From Antedon mediterranea (taxonomy: Eukaryota; Animalia; Echinodermata): a stretch of 64,000 nt of DNA. The stretch spans positions 4,216,001 to 4,280,000 of the forward strand of contig NC_092671.1 of NCBI RefSeq assembly GCF_964355755.1, read 5' to 3'. The notes beneath the pieces are model-generated. The model did not search any database and was not told where the DNA came from. It saw only the letters and a list, made by a program, of their open reading frames with translations. Below, one piece after another: positions 1 to 47,600 of this stretch. A program made the translations under genes and the position numbers. The first letter of the stretch is position 1. Each line of letters opens with the position of its first letter.

Positions 1-820
1 GAATCAATGCGTATTCGCTTAATAGGACTAATGCGCCCGACACAAAACTCACATTATTGGGAACTACGGCATAAGAATAACAAAGCAAAATTATAAAATG
101 CAATGCCAACAGAACAGAATTGTTCTATGAAGTCAAATAAAAAGAAAAAAGAAAATACCACAAATTGTTTAGGCCTAATAAACCAACGCGATGTGTGATG
201 ACAAATTCGTTGATGAATCTGTTAATATAAGTATTTCACTAACAGGTGGATTGGATCATATTGTTACTCTGTAAGCCTCTTGCTCAAAAGTTTCTTACAT
301 CAAACGGTGACGCACAATTACTCGTTGTCAAAAATTGTGTTTGTCATTGTAGAATTCAATTTCATAATTCAAATAATGAGGTTTATACATTGATATGCTT
401 TGAATTGAAATTAGCCGATTCATTTTGGGTCAAAATATCTTTAAACATTTTCTAACAACATAAAAGTATTTTTAGTTTTAAATAGAATGTAGCCTACTGT
501 ACAATAATTTTATTAAAGAATCAGTTCATTTTACAAGTGTTTTATTGGAAACCATAATGATTGGGATGTATTTTTGTTTTGGTATATAAAGTTAGCTATA
601 ACAATTTTGTATTACTTGCTTACCTATATAACATTATCTTGATTGTTTGTTTAAAAATAAGATTATAACAAGATAAATAAAATAAAAGCATTTAGTAGCA
701 TTTTTCTTCTTCTTTAAACTTATTTTTTGAAAGCATGTACCCATTCATTGTCAAATTCATTTCTATGTTGTTAAAAAAGTATGTAGGTCAATTATTTACT
801 TCGTTGTCGTATCATTGCAG

Positions 821-1875
821 CAATCTGTCGTGGTGGTTGTTTAAATGGTGGATTTTGTGACCAACCGAACCAATGTGCTTGTCCCATCGGGTTCAAAGGT
901 CGACAATGTGAAAAACGTAAGTAAATTACCCACCTCCCACTAAACAAAAATTGACAAGAAATTTGTTTTAAACTATTTGTATTACTTTGTCTTTACTTTA
1001 TCTCTTTTAGCACGTTGTTCTGGTGGCTGTTTGAACGGCGGCCGGTGCGTCGCAGTACACGGTCGCCCAACTTGTTCGTGTCCATCTGGATATAAAGGAC
1101 GCAGGTGTCAAAATGGTAAGAACAATTGTGAACTGATTACAATTTTAACAATAATCAAAATGCTTCAGAAGTAGGCCTAATAGACTAGAAAATCCCAGAA
1201 AAACACGTTTGAGCCTTGAGTTAGTGTGCATCCAAGTAGGTCTATAGGCCTAACCAAAGCAATTAGGCCTACACCTCCATCGAGGTACATTTTGTTATTC
1301 CATTCACCGTACTCTACTGATGTAATGATCGTAAATTTGCTTGTTTTTCAGCTATTTGCGAGACTTCGTGCTTACACGATGGATATTGTAAACGGCCCAA
1401 TGTTTGCGCATGTTCAACGGGATGGATGGGAACTTACTGCCAATCAGGTACGAGTATTCAAGTTCATAAAACCCAAGGACACTCGTGAATAGCGACATTA
1501 GTATTGATAGGCTTAAAGAATTATCTGAATTATCTGAACCTATATACTGTAGCATTGTCGACCTATGACCTTTTTTTCCACCAGAAGGAAATGTCCTGGG
1601 GATTGACGACCATACACAATACTATTTTTTTATTCAAAATTTTTTATCAGGAACAATACTAATAAAACCTTTTTCTTCATCTTTCATCTTTAGCTGTATG
1701 TTATAGGAAGTGCGAAAACGGCGGAGAGTGCGTTTGGCCGGACACATGCTCATGTCCTGGTCAGTACGTAGGTAAACAGTGCGAAATAAAAGTCGGACAA
1801 GAGAAAGAAAAAAAGAAAAAGTCACAATACGATTTGTATGCCAAATGGTGGGCGTTGTATAATAAAACCAGATAG
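821..1875 (+). CDS. 3' end of a multi-EGF-repeat protein gene (VWDE-like/EGF-rich; 5' part outside window). Exons 821-916, 1011-1115, 1352-1447, 1694-1875 (TAG)
   Basis: Four AG/GT-bounded phase-1 exons, each one EGF repeat (ICRGGCLNGGFCDQPNQCACPIGFKGRQCEK; [34 protein letters not shown]; ICETSCLHDGYCKRPNVCACSTGWMGTYCQS; VCYRKCENGGECVWPDTCSCPGQYVGKQCE..). Stop at 1873-1875, AATAAA at 1978-1983. Confidence 0.88.
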
Positions 1876-2532
1876 AAGCGACATTTCTTTTTTTTAAACT
1901 TTGCGAGGCTGAAAACAACTTTTTTCAAGGCTGAACTGTGTAAAAATTATAATCAAACAGAAAACTACAAGAAGCTGAATAAATCAAACGTTTAGTACTT
2001 TATCTTAATAATTATATACATTTATTTTTACAATTGCTTTGTATGAATGATCAGTACATAATTGAAATAGTAGAACACTAATCATAATTATACAATTTTG
2101 TAGAGATTCTATTGTAGAAATCGTCTACTAAAAAGTTAGCATTACGTAATCAAGGTAATCAACCAAAGAATTATGTTAAATTCGGACGTGGTTTTAGTAG
2201 ACAGACTGTACAGACTACAGCATACGCAAACGTATTAATATAATTCCCATAATGCGCCCCGTACATTTAAAACAATCTTTTTACAGTGGTCTGCAGGAAG
2301 AATTTAAACTGGACGACTTTCATTTTTATATACAAGATCATTATTATTATTATATGACGTATGTACAAGTATAAATGTCATTATTCATTATAATATTTAT
2401 ATCCATATAAGGCCTTTTCTTCAAGTTCAAGGTGCTACTAATTACGTATTGCTGCGCATGCCTAAATGTAAGTCAAGAGGCCAAGTCTTCCAGTCAAATA
2501 CTATCACCTCTAAATATCTCTCCTTTTTTTTA

Positions 2533-38575
<36,043 letters not shown>

Positions 38576-38639
38576 CTTGTTAACGGTAACCTCTTGTTTA
38601 CAGGTGTGAATAGGTGCTTAACTTGGAAGTATATGTTTC

Positions 38640-39076
38640 CTGTTTATAGTGTCTTTCGTTTAGACGCAGTGATTGACGTAACACACTCGAAAACCTTATT
38701 TAGTAAAAATATTTTAAACACCCACGAACAAAACTTAAAAACGAATATTGTACAAAATATGATTCATACACAATGTTTATAGCTACGATTCAACTACCTT
38801 TTATGTCTGGTGACAGTCCAAGTATAACAATTATTAGAAAAATGACAGCGAGTCCGATTGGTCGGACTGAAAATGGTTAACTCCTTCGTTGTCGATTACA
38901 AACGATGCTAGCCTAGGTACAGCACAGGAAACTGGTTGGGTTACAGATCAATGATAAAACGTATGTATTTATTACGATCACACCACTCGAAGCTAGCGGC
39001 AAACTGAGGTTCAACTTTCTTATCCCAGTCTTTTTTTTTTATTTTACTATCAAATTGGTCTTCTTCTCTGACGTCA
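38640..39076 (-). promoter_or_regulatory. Candidate VWDE proximal promoter
   Basis: TATAAA on - strand at 38643-38648 and 38776-38781, CCAAT at ~38857-38861, perfect CRE TGACGTCA at 39069-39076, all upstream of the ATG at 38575. Motifs only. Confidence 0.3.
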
Positions 39077-39512
39077 TCATGCGTCTTGTTTATGAATTCC
39101 ACATGGTTGTGTAAGTAGTACTACAACTGTTGCCAAAAGTGAATAATGTTGGAAGCATTGCGATATGAAGCAATTCGCATAATCGTTTAGAAACTTCTAC
39201 TGTATAATCAAGTGCGAAGTTCAAGTTCGGGTATACTGATACGATGCTACTCCCTATGCCATGTGGTATCTTTACATTTCTAATTGTTTGGATTTCAAAT
39301 ACACTTTGGCGTAAAGGCAAACAATAAGGCGGTTTCAAAACGCACGGTCTACTAACAATACGATGGCATAACATCGACGTAAAACAAAAGCACATGTGTC
39401 CTTAAAAATACCAACTCATGACTGAAATTGTCAGGTGATCTCAATACTTCAATTAAATACGCGCCCTCTTTTGAACTGTGTTAACTTGTTAACTTTTAAA
39501 CAGGGCACTTAA

Positions 39513-39655
39513 AGGGTAGCTCCGGGTAGTGATCACGCCTTATGGATTGACTAATGAATATTCATGTTTATTTTGTGACGTTTAATGAGGGGTCCCCAAC
39601 TTATTTACGAAAAGAAATATCGGCTCCGGGTAAGTGTTAAACCCGGAGCCACCCT
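39513..39655. mobile_element. 143-bp Kolobok-like MITE upstream of VWDE
   Basis: TIR AGGGTAGCTCCGGGT / ACCCGGAGCCACCCT (14/15 match) with TTAA on both flanks. Confidence 0.8.
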
Positions 39656-39741
39656 TTAATTCCGTAACGAAAATGACTATATTATACAGTGCATGAAACT
39701 TATGTTTACAACACTCTGGATTATGAGAAAGTTCAGGCCTA

Positions 39742-40066
39742 TTTAAAGATATTATTGTCCCCCTACAAAATAATGTTTTAATTTTGTTGTTGTTGAATAT
39801 GCCATTTTAATGTCACATAATAGATATTCACTTTGACCAAAAACTGGATCGAAAATAAAAAATGTAATTTAAAGCAAAATATATATACCTTAATTAGCCT
39901 GTCAGACAATGGTTTTTGTTAAAATTCACCGTTTCTTTTGTCTTTTTATAAGTGAAATATTTATTTTTGTTGATTTGTTTTTCTACTAGAAGTGAATAAC
40001 TTCAAAATGGCCTATTCAAAATCTGATTTGATAATTCTTTTATATTTTTCATGTTTTTGGAGGACA
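39742..40066. mobile_element. Decayed Kolobok-like MITE; related pieces at ~2612-2915 and ~55875-55924
   Basis: Starts TTAAAGATATTATTGTCCCC, similar to the 46242 TIR. Shares GCCATTT(T/C)AATGTCACA and AAATGGCCTATTCAAA with 2660-2860. Confidence 0.55.
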
Positions 40067-41964
40067 CTAGGCCTACATCTAAAAATTAGGGTATTTATTG
40101 TTTTTAAAGTAAACGCTGTGATTCGTGTTCTACTAATTTGTTTCATTTGGGCCTAGCTAGAATATCACTTGTTTACATTTTTGCTCCAACTGTAAGGGGA
40201 GAAACGAGCGTCTCTTTGGCTCTCTCATCGTTAAATACTGTCCCCTGACATTGGTCCATGTTATTGATTTTCCACATTTCAATACAAGCGTTGGTTCACA
40301 TGATTATTTTCCCCCTAAGAACACCAGGTCAAAGGTTATCGTAACTAAAAGTTAACGTGGTAAAAGTTAAACGATATTTCGTATGTCCACTCTTCACATT
40401 AGTCACCGAACATCAACACACGTATAAATACAGTGCAAGGGGAAAGACGTGGAGAATCTGAATTTTAAGAAGTATCACACTTCATTTTCTTTCGAGCGTA
40501 ATCAAAATAATCAACCGCAAAGCACATTCCGGTAATTTTCCCTGACTTTAGTCACACATTCAGACACAAAAAATCGTTGTTTTCATAAAGTAAAATTGTT
40601 TTTATAGACATAAGAGATAAGTCATTAATTGACGAGACGTCAAAGTCAGCACACCTGAAGAGATACACGACCTGTAACCTTTGTTTTAGTATCAAATTAT
40701 TTAGTACAGTAATACAAAGTACAGTAAAGTACAACCAGTGAAACATCCCCCCACCATGGACTAATATGCACATGCTTCCACCTGGCGTTTTTGTTTACAT
40801 TTTAAACTTTTGTTTATTAAACAGCTTTAATAACTCAAATAACAATCAACAATGTTTTTTTCAAATGCAATCAGTCGCTGAAATACGTATGGATGGTAGG
40901 TAGGCCTATACGGTCTCCGATTTACCCACCCTAAAATTGTGTTTTATAATCTTTCCGTTTTTGTTTTTTTTTTATTTTTGCACATTACCCGAATTACGGA
41001 ATTGGTGAATATATCGTAAAAATTATCGAAATAAAACAATGGGTAATACACAATTCTCTCAGCTTTTACAACTTTTTGTTCTGTAAATAGTAGGCCTAGT
41101 TTAGAGACGTAAATTTTCTTTAGAGAAAGTTGCCGGCCGTTAGTGGCGCTCTTTATATTTTCAGCAATGTCAGGTTCTTCGATACACAAATTAACTCATT
41201 TAAACAAACGGTATCAGATTATGCGAATAAGGGGGAGGACACTTCCTATTAAATTGTATCGTTCTTATTCAGACAGGCACGTTATAAATCATTGCAAAAA
41301 AAAATCGATAGATATTGTACATAAAAAAAAACAATTTTCTACCATATTTGAGTTATAAAATACTTTTATTTTATTTGATAATAGAACACATTTTAACATT
41401 CAAAGTAGAGTTCGTAATTTTCTCATCATTTTGAAGTAAAGTAGATTTCCTTGTTTACGAATTTTAGTAATTATTACACAGGGAAGTCACCAGATTATCA
41501 ACAAACAACACAGCAAAGATAAATTTGTTATTACTGTAGCTACAATTCAAACATAAAAAAAAAAATGAAATTTAATGCAGTTATAATCAAGCTATTGTCA
41601 TGTAAGCAAGATGTTGATTGCCAAATTGAATTTTGAATTGCTAAAACTATAAAAAAAAAAACTTGTAATATACTGCGATATTATTATTCATGTATTCGAT
41701 CATTTTAATTTACATCACTGAGATTGTTTAACCATGAAGGTATTAGTAAACTAATTCCAACTGTAAACGTTTGTGTGATCTCATTGTCTTGTAATTTGAG
41801 AAAATTATAAATAAATTAATGAGCAAAAACGAGAAAAATCCATTGGAAATCCCAACCATCTAAGCAAGATATGAATCATTATTAATTGTGACATGGTTGC
41901 AACAACTCCAAAAGCAGAAAAAGAAAAGAGTGTGTATATTGCTTTCTTTTCTTTTTCTTTTGCA

Positions 41965-42400
41965 AATTGTAACTCATTTGATGTAGTTGACTCTCCAAAG
42001 ACATGGATTTAAACAGCTTATGAGGTTACCAGTGAGTTGCAACTCCAAGATAATTAAAATTGAATATGAGTTGTCTGATATAACTCCAAGATTTACAAAT
42101 GTAAAGTTGTTTGATGTAGCTGAAACTTTTCAAAGTTGCAAATGTGAATTTAAACAGCTTGATGTGGTTGCCAGTTGCAACTCCTAAAAGATAATTTAAA
42201 TTGAATGATCAATCTGATATAACTCCAGGAAGATTTACAAATGTAGAGTTGTTTGATGTAGCTGCAACTCTTCAATGAAGTATGAATAATATGAATAAGA
42301 ACAGTTTGATGTGGTTGCCAATTGCAACACCAAGAAGACACATACAAATTAAATATGATAAGAATCATCAGATTTTGAGTAGTTGTTGTGGTTGCAACTC
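41965..42400. repeat. Higher-order tandem repeat (~140-bp period built from GTTGCAACTCC subunits) downstream of NDUFB3
   Basis: 42008-42131 aligns to 42149-42274; recurring GTTGCAAC palindrome. Confidence 0.75.
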
Positions 42401-42519
42401 TCCCGAATTTTTTAATATGATCAGTTGATTAAGTCATTATAAACACATTTGAATGAAGTTTCTTTATTGTCTTTCTTAGTTGAATTGCACCAACTATCAA
42501 TCAGATGATCAACTAACAT

Positions 42520-43353
42520 CTAATGGTGTTCATCCTGGCCTCCTTTATTTAATAAGTAAACTTTCTCAATAGCTGCCGCTCCTATAAATGCGATTAAACC
42601 CCACTTGAATCCCTTCGACAAAATTGTAAAAATACTATTCACTCGAAATATGGGCTGGAATCGCCACACTTCATTTCTAAAGATACAATAAAATTTGTTT
42701 TTAATTATTATTGTACTTTAAAATAAAAGTACATTAGGCCTAGTTAGTAAATTGTAATCTATCTAGGCCTAGTAATAGTATAGTAAACAGAAGAAAAAAA
42801 TCACAGAGGTTTGGAAAATTATCACAACAAGATACAATATACAGTACTACTACAGACAGCAGAAATACTCTTGTAGAGGGTAAACACACTCACTAGGCTA
42901 GCCTAAGCGCGCCTATATTAGGCTATTCTCTCTCGATTATAAACAAAAAGGTGGTGTCAATAATAATTATATAAAATTAGGCCTAAATTATTCATAGATA
43001 GGTTGGCTAAGAAGTAGGCCCTACCTAAACATAGGCTAGGCCTAGCCTAGATAAAGTAAAAATGCACAAGGATGAATAATGTAATAGTCCCTATCACCGT
43101 CCCTATCTATAGTTTACAGTGCTCTTAATAGTAGACCTAGCTAGGCCTAGGTCGATGGATTCACTTAAACGGTATAAACCGGGGGAAAAGGCCGCGGCTG
43201 GACATCATATAACCGCAGACATAGCCTACTCACTCACCTTAGCCATGGATCTTTCAAACCTTTCTGAGCCAACCTTTCTTGTATTTGTTTAAGTTCAGGT
43301 ACATCTTCAACCTTCCATTTTCTCCAATCTGGTATTTCGTAAGCCTTACCCAT
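42520..43353 (-). CDS. NDUFB3: NADH:ubiquinone oxidoreductase subunit B3 (B12), 90 aa; exons 43238-43353 and 42520-42676
   Basis: [39 protein letters not shown]|[51 protein letters not shown]. Shows the PDxxxWK, LAxKGLxDPWxRNExWR and KGFKWG motifs, one TM helix and C-terminal HH. Phase-2 GT-AG intron; AATAAA on - strand at 42463-42468. Confidence 0.95.
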
Positions 43354-44674
43354 TTTAATAAGTGGAATATAAACCTTAATTCAACAATAATAGTTCGTTG
43401 AGGTGAATCTAGGCTAGGCCTAACAATCGACACTTTCCAGTTTGCTACTCGAATATACTGCCCTCTAGCGATTAACATGTGTAAAAAAAGATGGGGACGA
43501 GGGGAAAGAAGAGGAGAAGAAGGAGGGGATAGATAGTGGAAAGGGGATGAGGCTACTAAATACAGTTAGCCAGTCAACAAAAAAACAGTAATATAAAACA
43601 TATAAATATTAGTTTAATGCATTTGGATGTACTGCACTACCAGCCATGGGAACTTAATTGAACACTACAAAATAAACTGAAAATCCAAGATAAAAGAAAA
43701 ATACACAACAAAAAGTTTCATTTCCCATAAGCAAAAACTGTCAAATACAAGCAGTCAAATGTAAAAAAAAAACAATATACATAAATAAATAAATAACAAA
43801 ATGTTTTTTATTAAAAAAATTTGAACAAGCAAAAAAGCTCACCTATGACACAATTCTACAATACAATTGCAAGGAAAGGGAGTAAAGAAAATACCCAGTA
43901 CAAAACACGAAATTCAACATAGCGGACACACTAATTACATTGAGGTCCAGAGTACATAAGCACATATACTGTAGTAGTACTATACTCACTATTTATACAT
44001 CACTTTCTGAATTATCAAGAAAATCCAATTTCTAGTATAAAAGAACAAAGCTATTTAGGTAATACATACAGCACACTTGGATCAAACTGACTCGCTAAAC
44101 AAGCTCATATATTAAATTTGTACTGTAAGGTGAAAGAAACCTCCCTTTTTCCTTAAGTACCCCTTTTCCAACTAGAGAGCAACTTTTTGGCCAATTATAA
44201 TCCAACCTTCAGTAGCCAGCAGGCAAATTATCTTCATCTAATACCAGGCTAGACTTAAATGTTTTCTTCAGTTTCTAAAGCTTGCAATTTTTATAGAAAA
44301 GTTACATTGCACGGAATGATAATAATTATCTTATATATAATACAATTTTTCATATTATATGTACAAATATAATTCTTTATTTAATATAATTTTACATTAA
44401 TTATAAATGTTTTTACATTGAAATACCACTTATCTTTTATTAGACAAAGTTCTGAACTAAAACTAGTGAAACCTAACCAAACATGCTTGAATATGCTTGA
44501 CTCTGATTGGCTTATGAGGTTACAGCTCACATGAGTGTTTGTGGATAAACCAGTTAAAGCGAGAGCGGTCAGTTATATGGGTCACTCACGGGAGAAAGCT
44601 GGCTCCCTTGTGTGGTCATTGACATAAAGACCCTGCCTCATTTGAATGCAGTGATATACATAAACTAAGCTTTA

Positions 44675-47600
44675 TCACAGAGCTGTTTCCACATTTTCTA
44701 AATTTCTTGAATTCCTGACAGGTAATTCTCGTGAATGACTTGCTGGAGACAGACGAGGCTTCCTATCACTCCCTGTACTATTATCGGAGTTCAGGCTAGG
44801 ATTTGATTTATTTAGACTCCCTTTTGAACCATTTTCCCCCGAATCTTTTAAATTGGAATTTAATTTTGACTTGTTTATTGATGGTAACTCGATAAAATCA
44901 ACAGTTTGGTTACCAGACTGATCAATGATTTGGACCTCAACTTTGTTATCTACCTGCTGCGTGGGTGCTTCATCCTCTACACCATTTGACCCTTCAACTT
45001 GATCTGTATTGTTGTGAGAAACGTGGACACTTTCAACAGTAACTGTCACTGTTGTTTCTGTAGAAAGATTAAAAAAAAATTAATATTTTTTAATCTTGGT
45101 TGTGATGGAATTTTCTCATCTTTACCGATTTAAAATTAATTAATATATTTTCAGTACATCGTCGGGCAGGCATAATTTCATTTATGCCTGTAATTTTAGA
45201 ATATTTTGGCACATATGGCGTTTCATACGTATATTACTTGAGCTCATTTTATTTTCCAGACAAAAATCAGAACGCTGATAGACTAACATAAAAAAGACAA
45301 ATTTGGTGCTTGAAAACAGAGAGTACACAGTAAGAAAGACTTGATGCAATATATACAATTCTGCTAAGCCTCACACCTTGGCTTGCGTTCAGTTACCGGT
45401 CAAAGGTCAGAACTAACAGACGACATGCACAGGCATCACTTAGTAACACAATATAATTAGACAACTTGATAATAACTTCTGAACACGTGAGAATAGGGAA
45501 AGAGAACAGAGATAAACACAAAACATAACCTGTGTTTCCACCCCAAACAAATAAGGTAATAAGTTCCTAAAAACCTTATTTGTGACATCACATGAAATAA
45601 TACAATGCATATCAAATATAAAAATAAAATATATTCATGCAATAAAATGAGAGCAACGGAATACTGAGAGTGAGAAGCAGACAATCCTGTGAAATGAGCA
45701 CTCAAAGGGGTTGCCAAGTTAACAAACATTTTACATCCAATTTAACACCAAGTCTATTTAAAAATATAATTAAAAAAGCAATCCCAGCCAACACAATTAA
45801 ATAAATAATGTATAGTAAATGATTGACACATGTTAAATATCTCAGAAAATGTCTTGATATGGTAATATTGAGTTGAATAAACCTACCATCTGCAACAGGT
45901 TTGGCTAAAGGAAAATAAAATAATTATATTGACTTTATTTCTTAAAAATAATTTATCACAATCATGACAATCAATGTTACAATGACTGTAGATGTGACTT
46001 CAATATTTTATCACAATATTGGCATTTTCAATAATAAATATTTACTTAAGACAAATTTTAAGACATTACTAAAACGGTTTGATAAATTTGCTTAAGCTAA
46101 ACTACACTATCAAACAAGTTTGACAAAAAAAAAAGTTATGTGCCCAAATATAGCAGTGATATGCTCAAATAAGGCAGTAATATGACATCATCGTCTCCAT
46201 ATATGGGCACATCACATTTATTTTTTTAATGTAAAGTTTAAAGATGTATTGTCCCTTGAAACACAAAAAATGAAAAAAAAAATATTCTAAATTTAAATTG
46301 GCCATATCAAAAATTCGAGCCAAAAACAACAAGTTTACATAATTAACAGGTAAATTAATTAGATTACATTTCGTCTGGGAAATCGTCACAAGCGAAAGTA
46401 AACAAAGATTTCAAACCATGAGTATGCATTATGCATGATGCTCATTAGGATTGTTTACAACTCGTCACGGTTGAGAAGGTGTTTTCACACAGATCGTGAG
46501 GAAGTTTTATGATTATGCATACAGAGTAGCCAAACAAGCGCGTTTGCATTATGAGATATGTTTTGATTGAAAACTTTGACTGGAAGTCAAAGTTTTTTTT
46601 GAACAAAAAAACATCTGTATTTCGGTAAAATTTTTTTTTTTCGACTCATTTTTGGTGAAAGTTAATAACTATTTATGATACTTCAAAATAACCCACTTTT
46701 TTTCGAAATAAAAAAAAAAAAAATTTTTTTGGAATTAGTCAAAGGGACAATACATCTTTAATAGTGTAGATAGAGCTTAATAAATATGAAAAACAGCCTC
46801 ACCTTTTCTACGACTGGCTTTGAAAGACGCAGTTGTAATAGCACTCCGCCTTACTTTTGGCGATACTGGGTTCACTGCTACATCAATACCTATTGGTCCA
46901 TCGCTTGGTACTCCAGAGGGATTACTAGTTAGTGAGTTCTTGATAGCATTGGCCATCTAAGTATTTAGACAAAATATGTACACACTTTAAATTCAAAGTC
47001 TTAAGCTCTGTTTACACTATCAAACTTTATGCGACAAAAAAATGTGATGTGCCCATATATGGACATGATGATGTCATATCACTTACTACCATATTTGGTA
47101 GTTGAACATTTTTCAAACTAGTTTGATAGTGTATTAAGAGCTTCACAGGATTTTTAATTTCTCAAAAATCATTTACATAAGGTCTAGCTAAATCATTAAA
47201 AAAAATAATATTAATCGAAAAATATTTTTAAAAATGATTACACAAAATGAGAAAATAAATACAAACCAACATAACATCTGGGTAAAGTTCGTAGTTTGCC
47301 CTGAACAACGCATCATCGAGGGCAGTCTTACTAAGGTCAGAAAAACCATTGAACCTAAAATAACGAATGTTTCATTAGTATTCTAAAATTACGACACATT
47401 TGGCGCTCCATACATGCCTCCTGTGTACAGTATAATATTTTGAATGGCTCACCATGGAGGAAATATACTGTATATTCCTCCATGGGCTCACATACATTGT
47501 GTTATTCAAAGTTATACAATACTAATGATAGATTTACTGTATACATTTTTATATTATTATATTATATATTTTTCTTCTCATGAATATCAAAATAATTTAA

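Noticed and set aside
43238-43247. ATGGCTAAG|GT as a 3-codon first exon
   Set aside because: That ATG is out of frame; the true frame is the DPWLR of NDUFB3.
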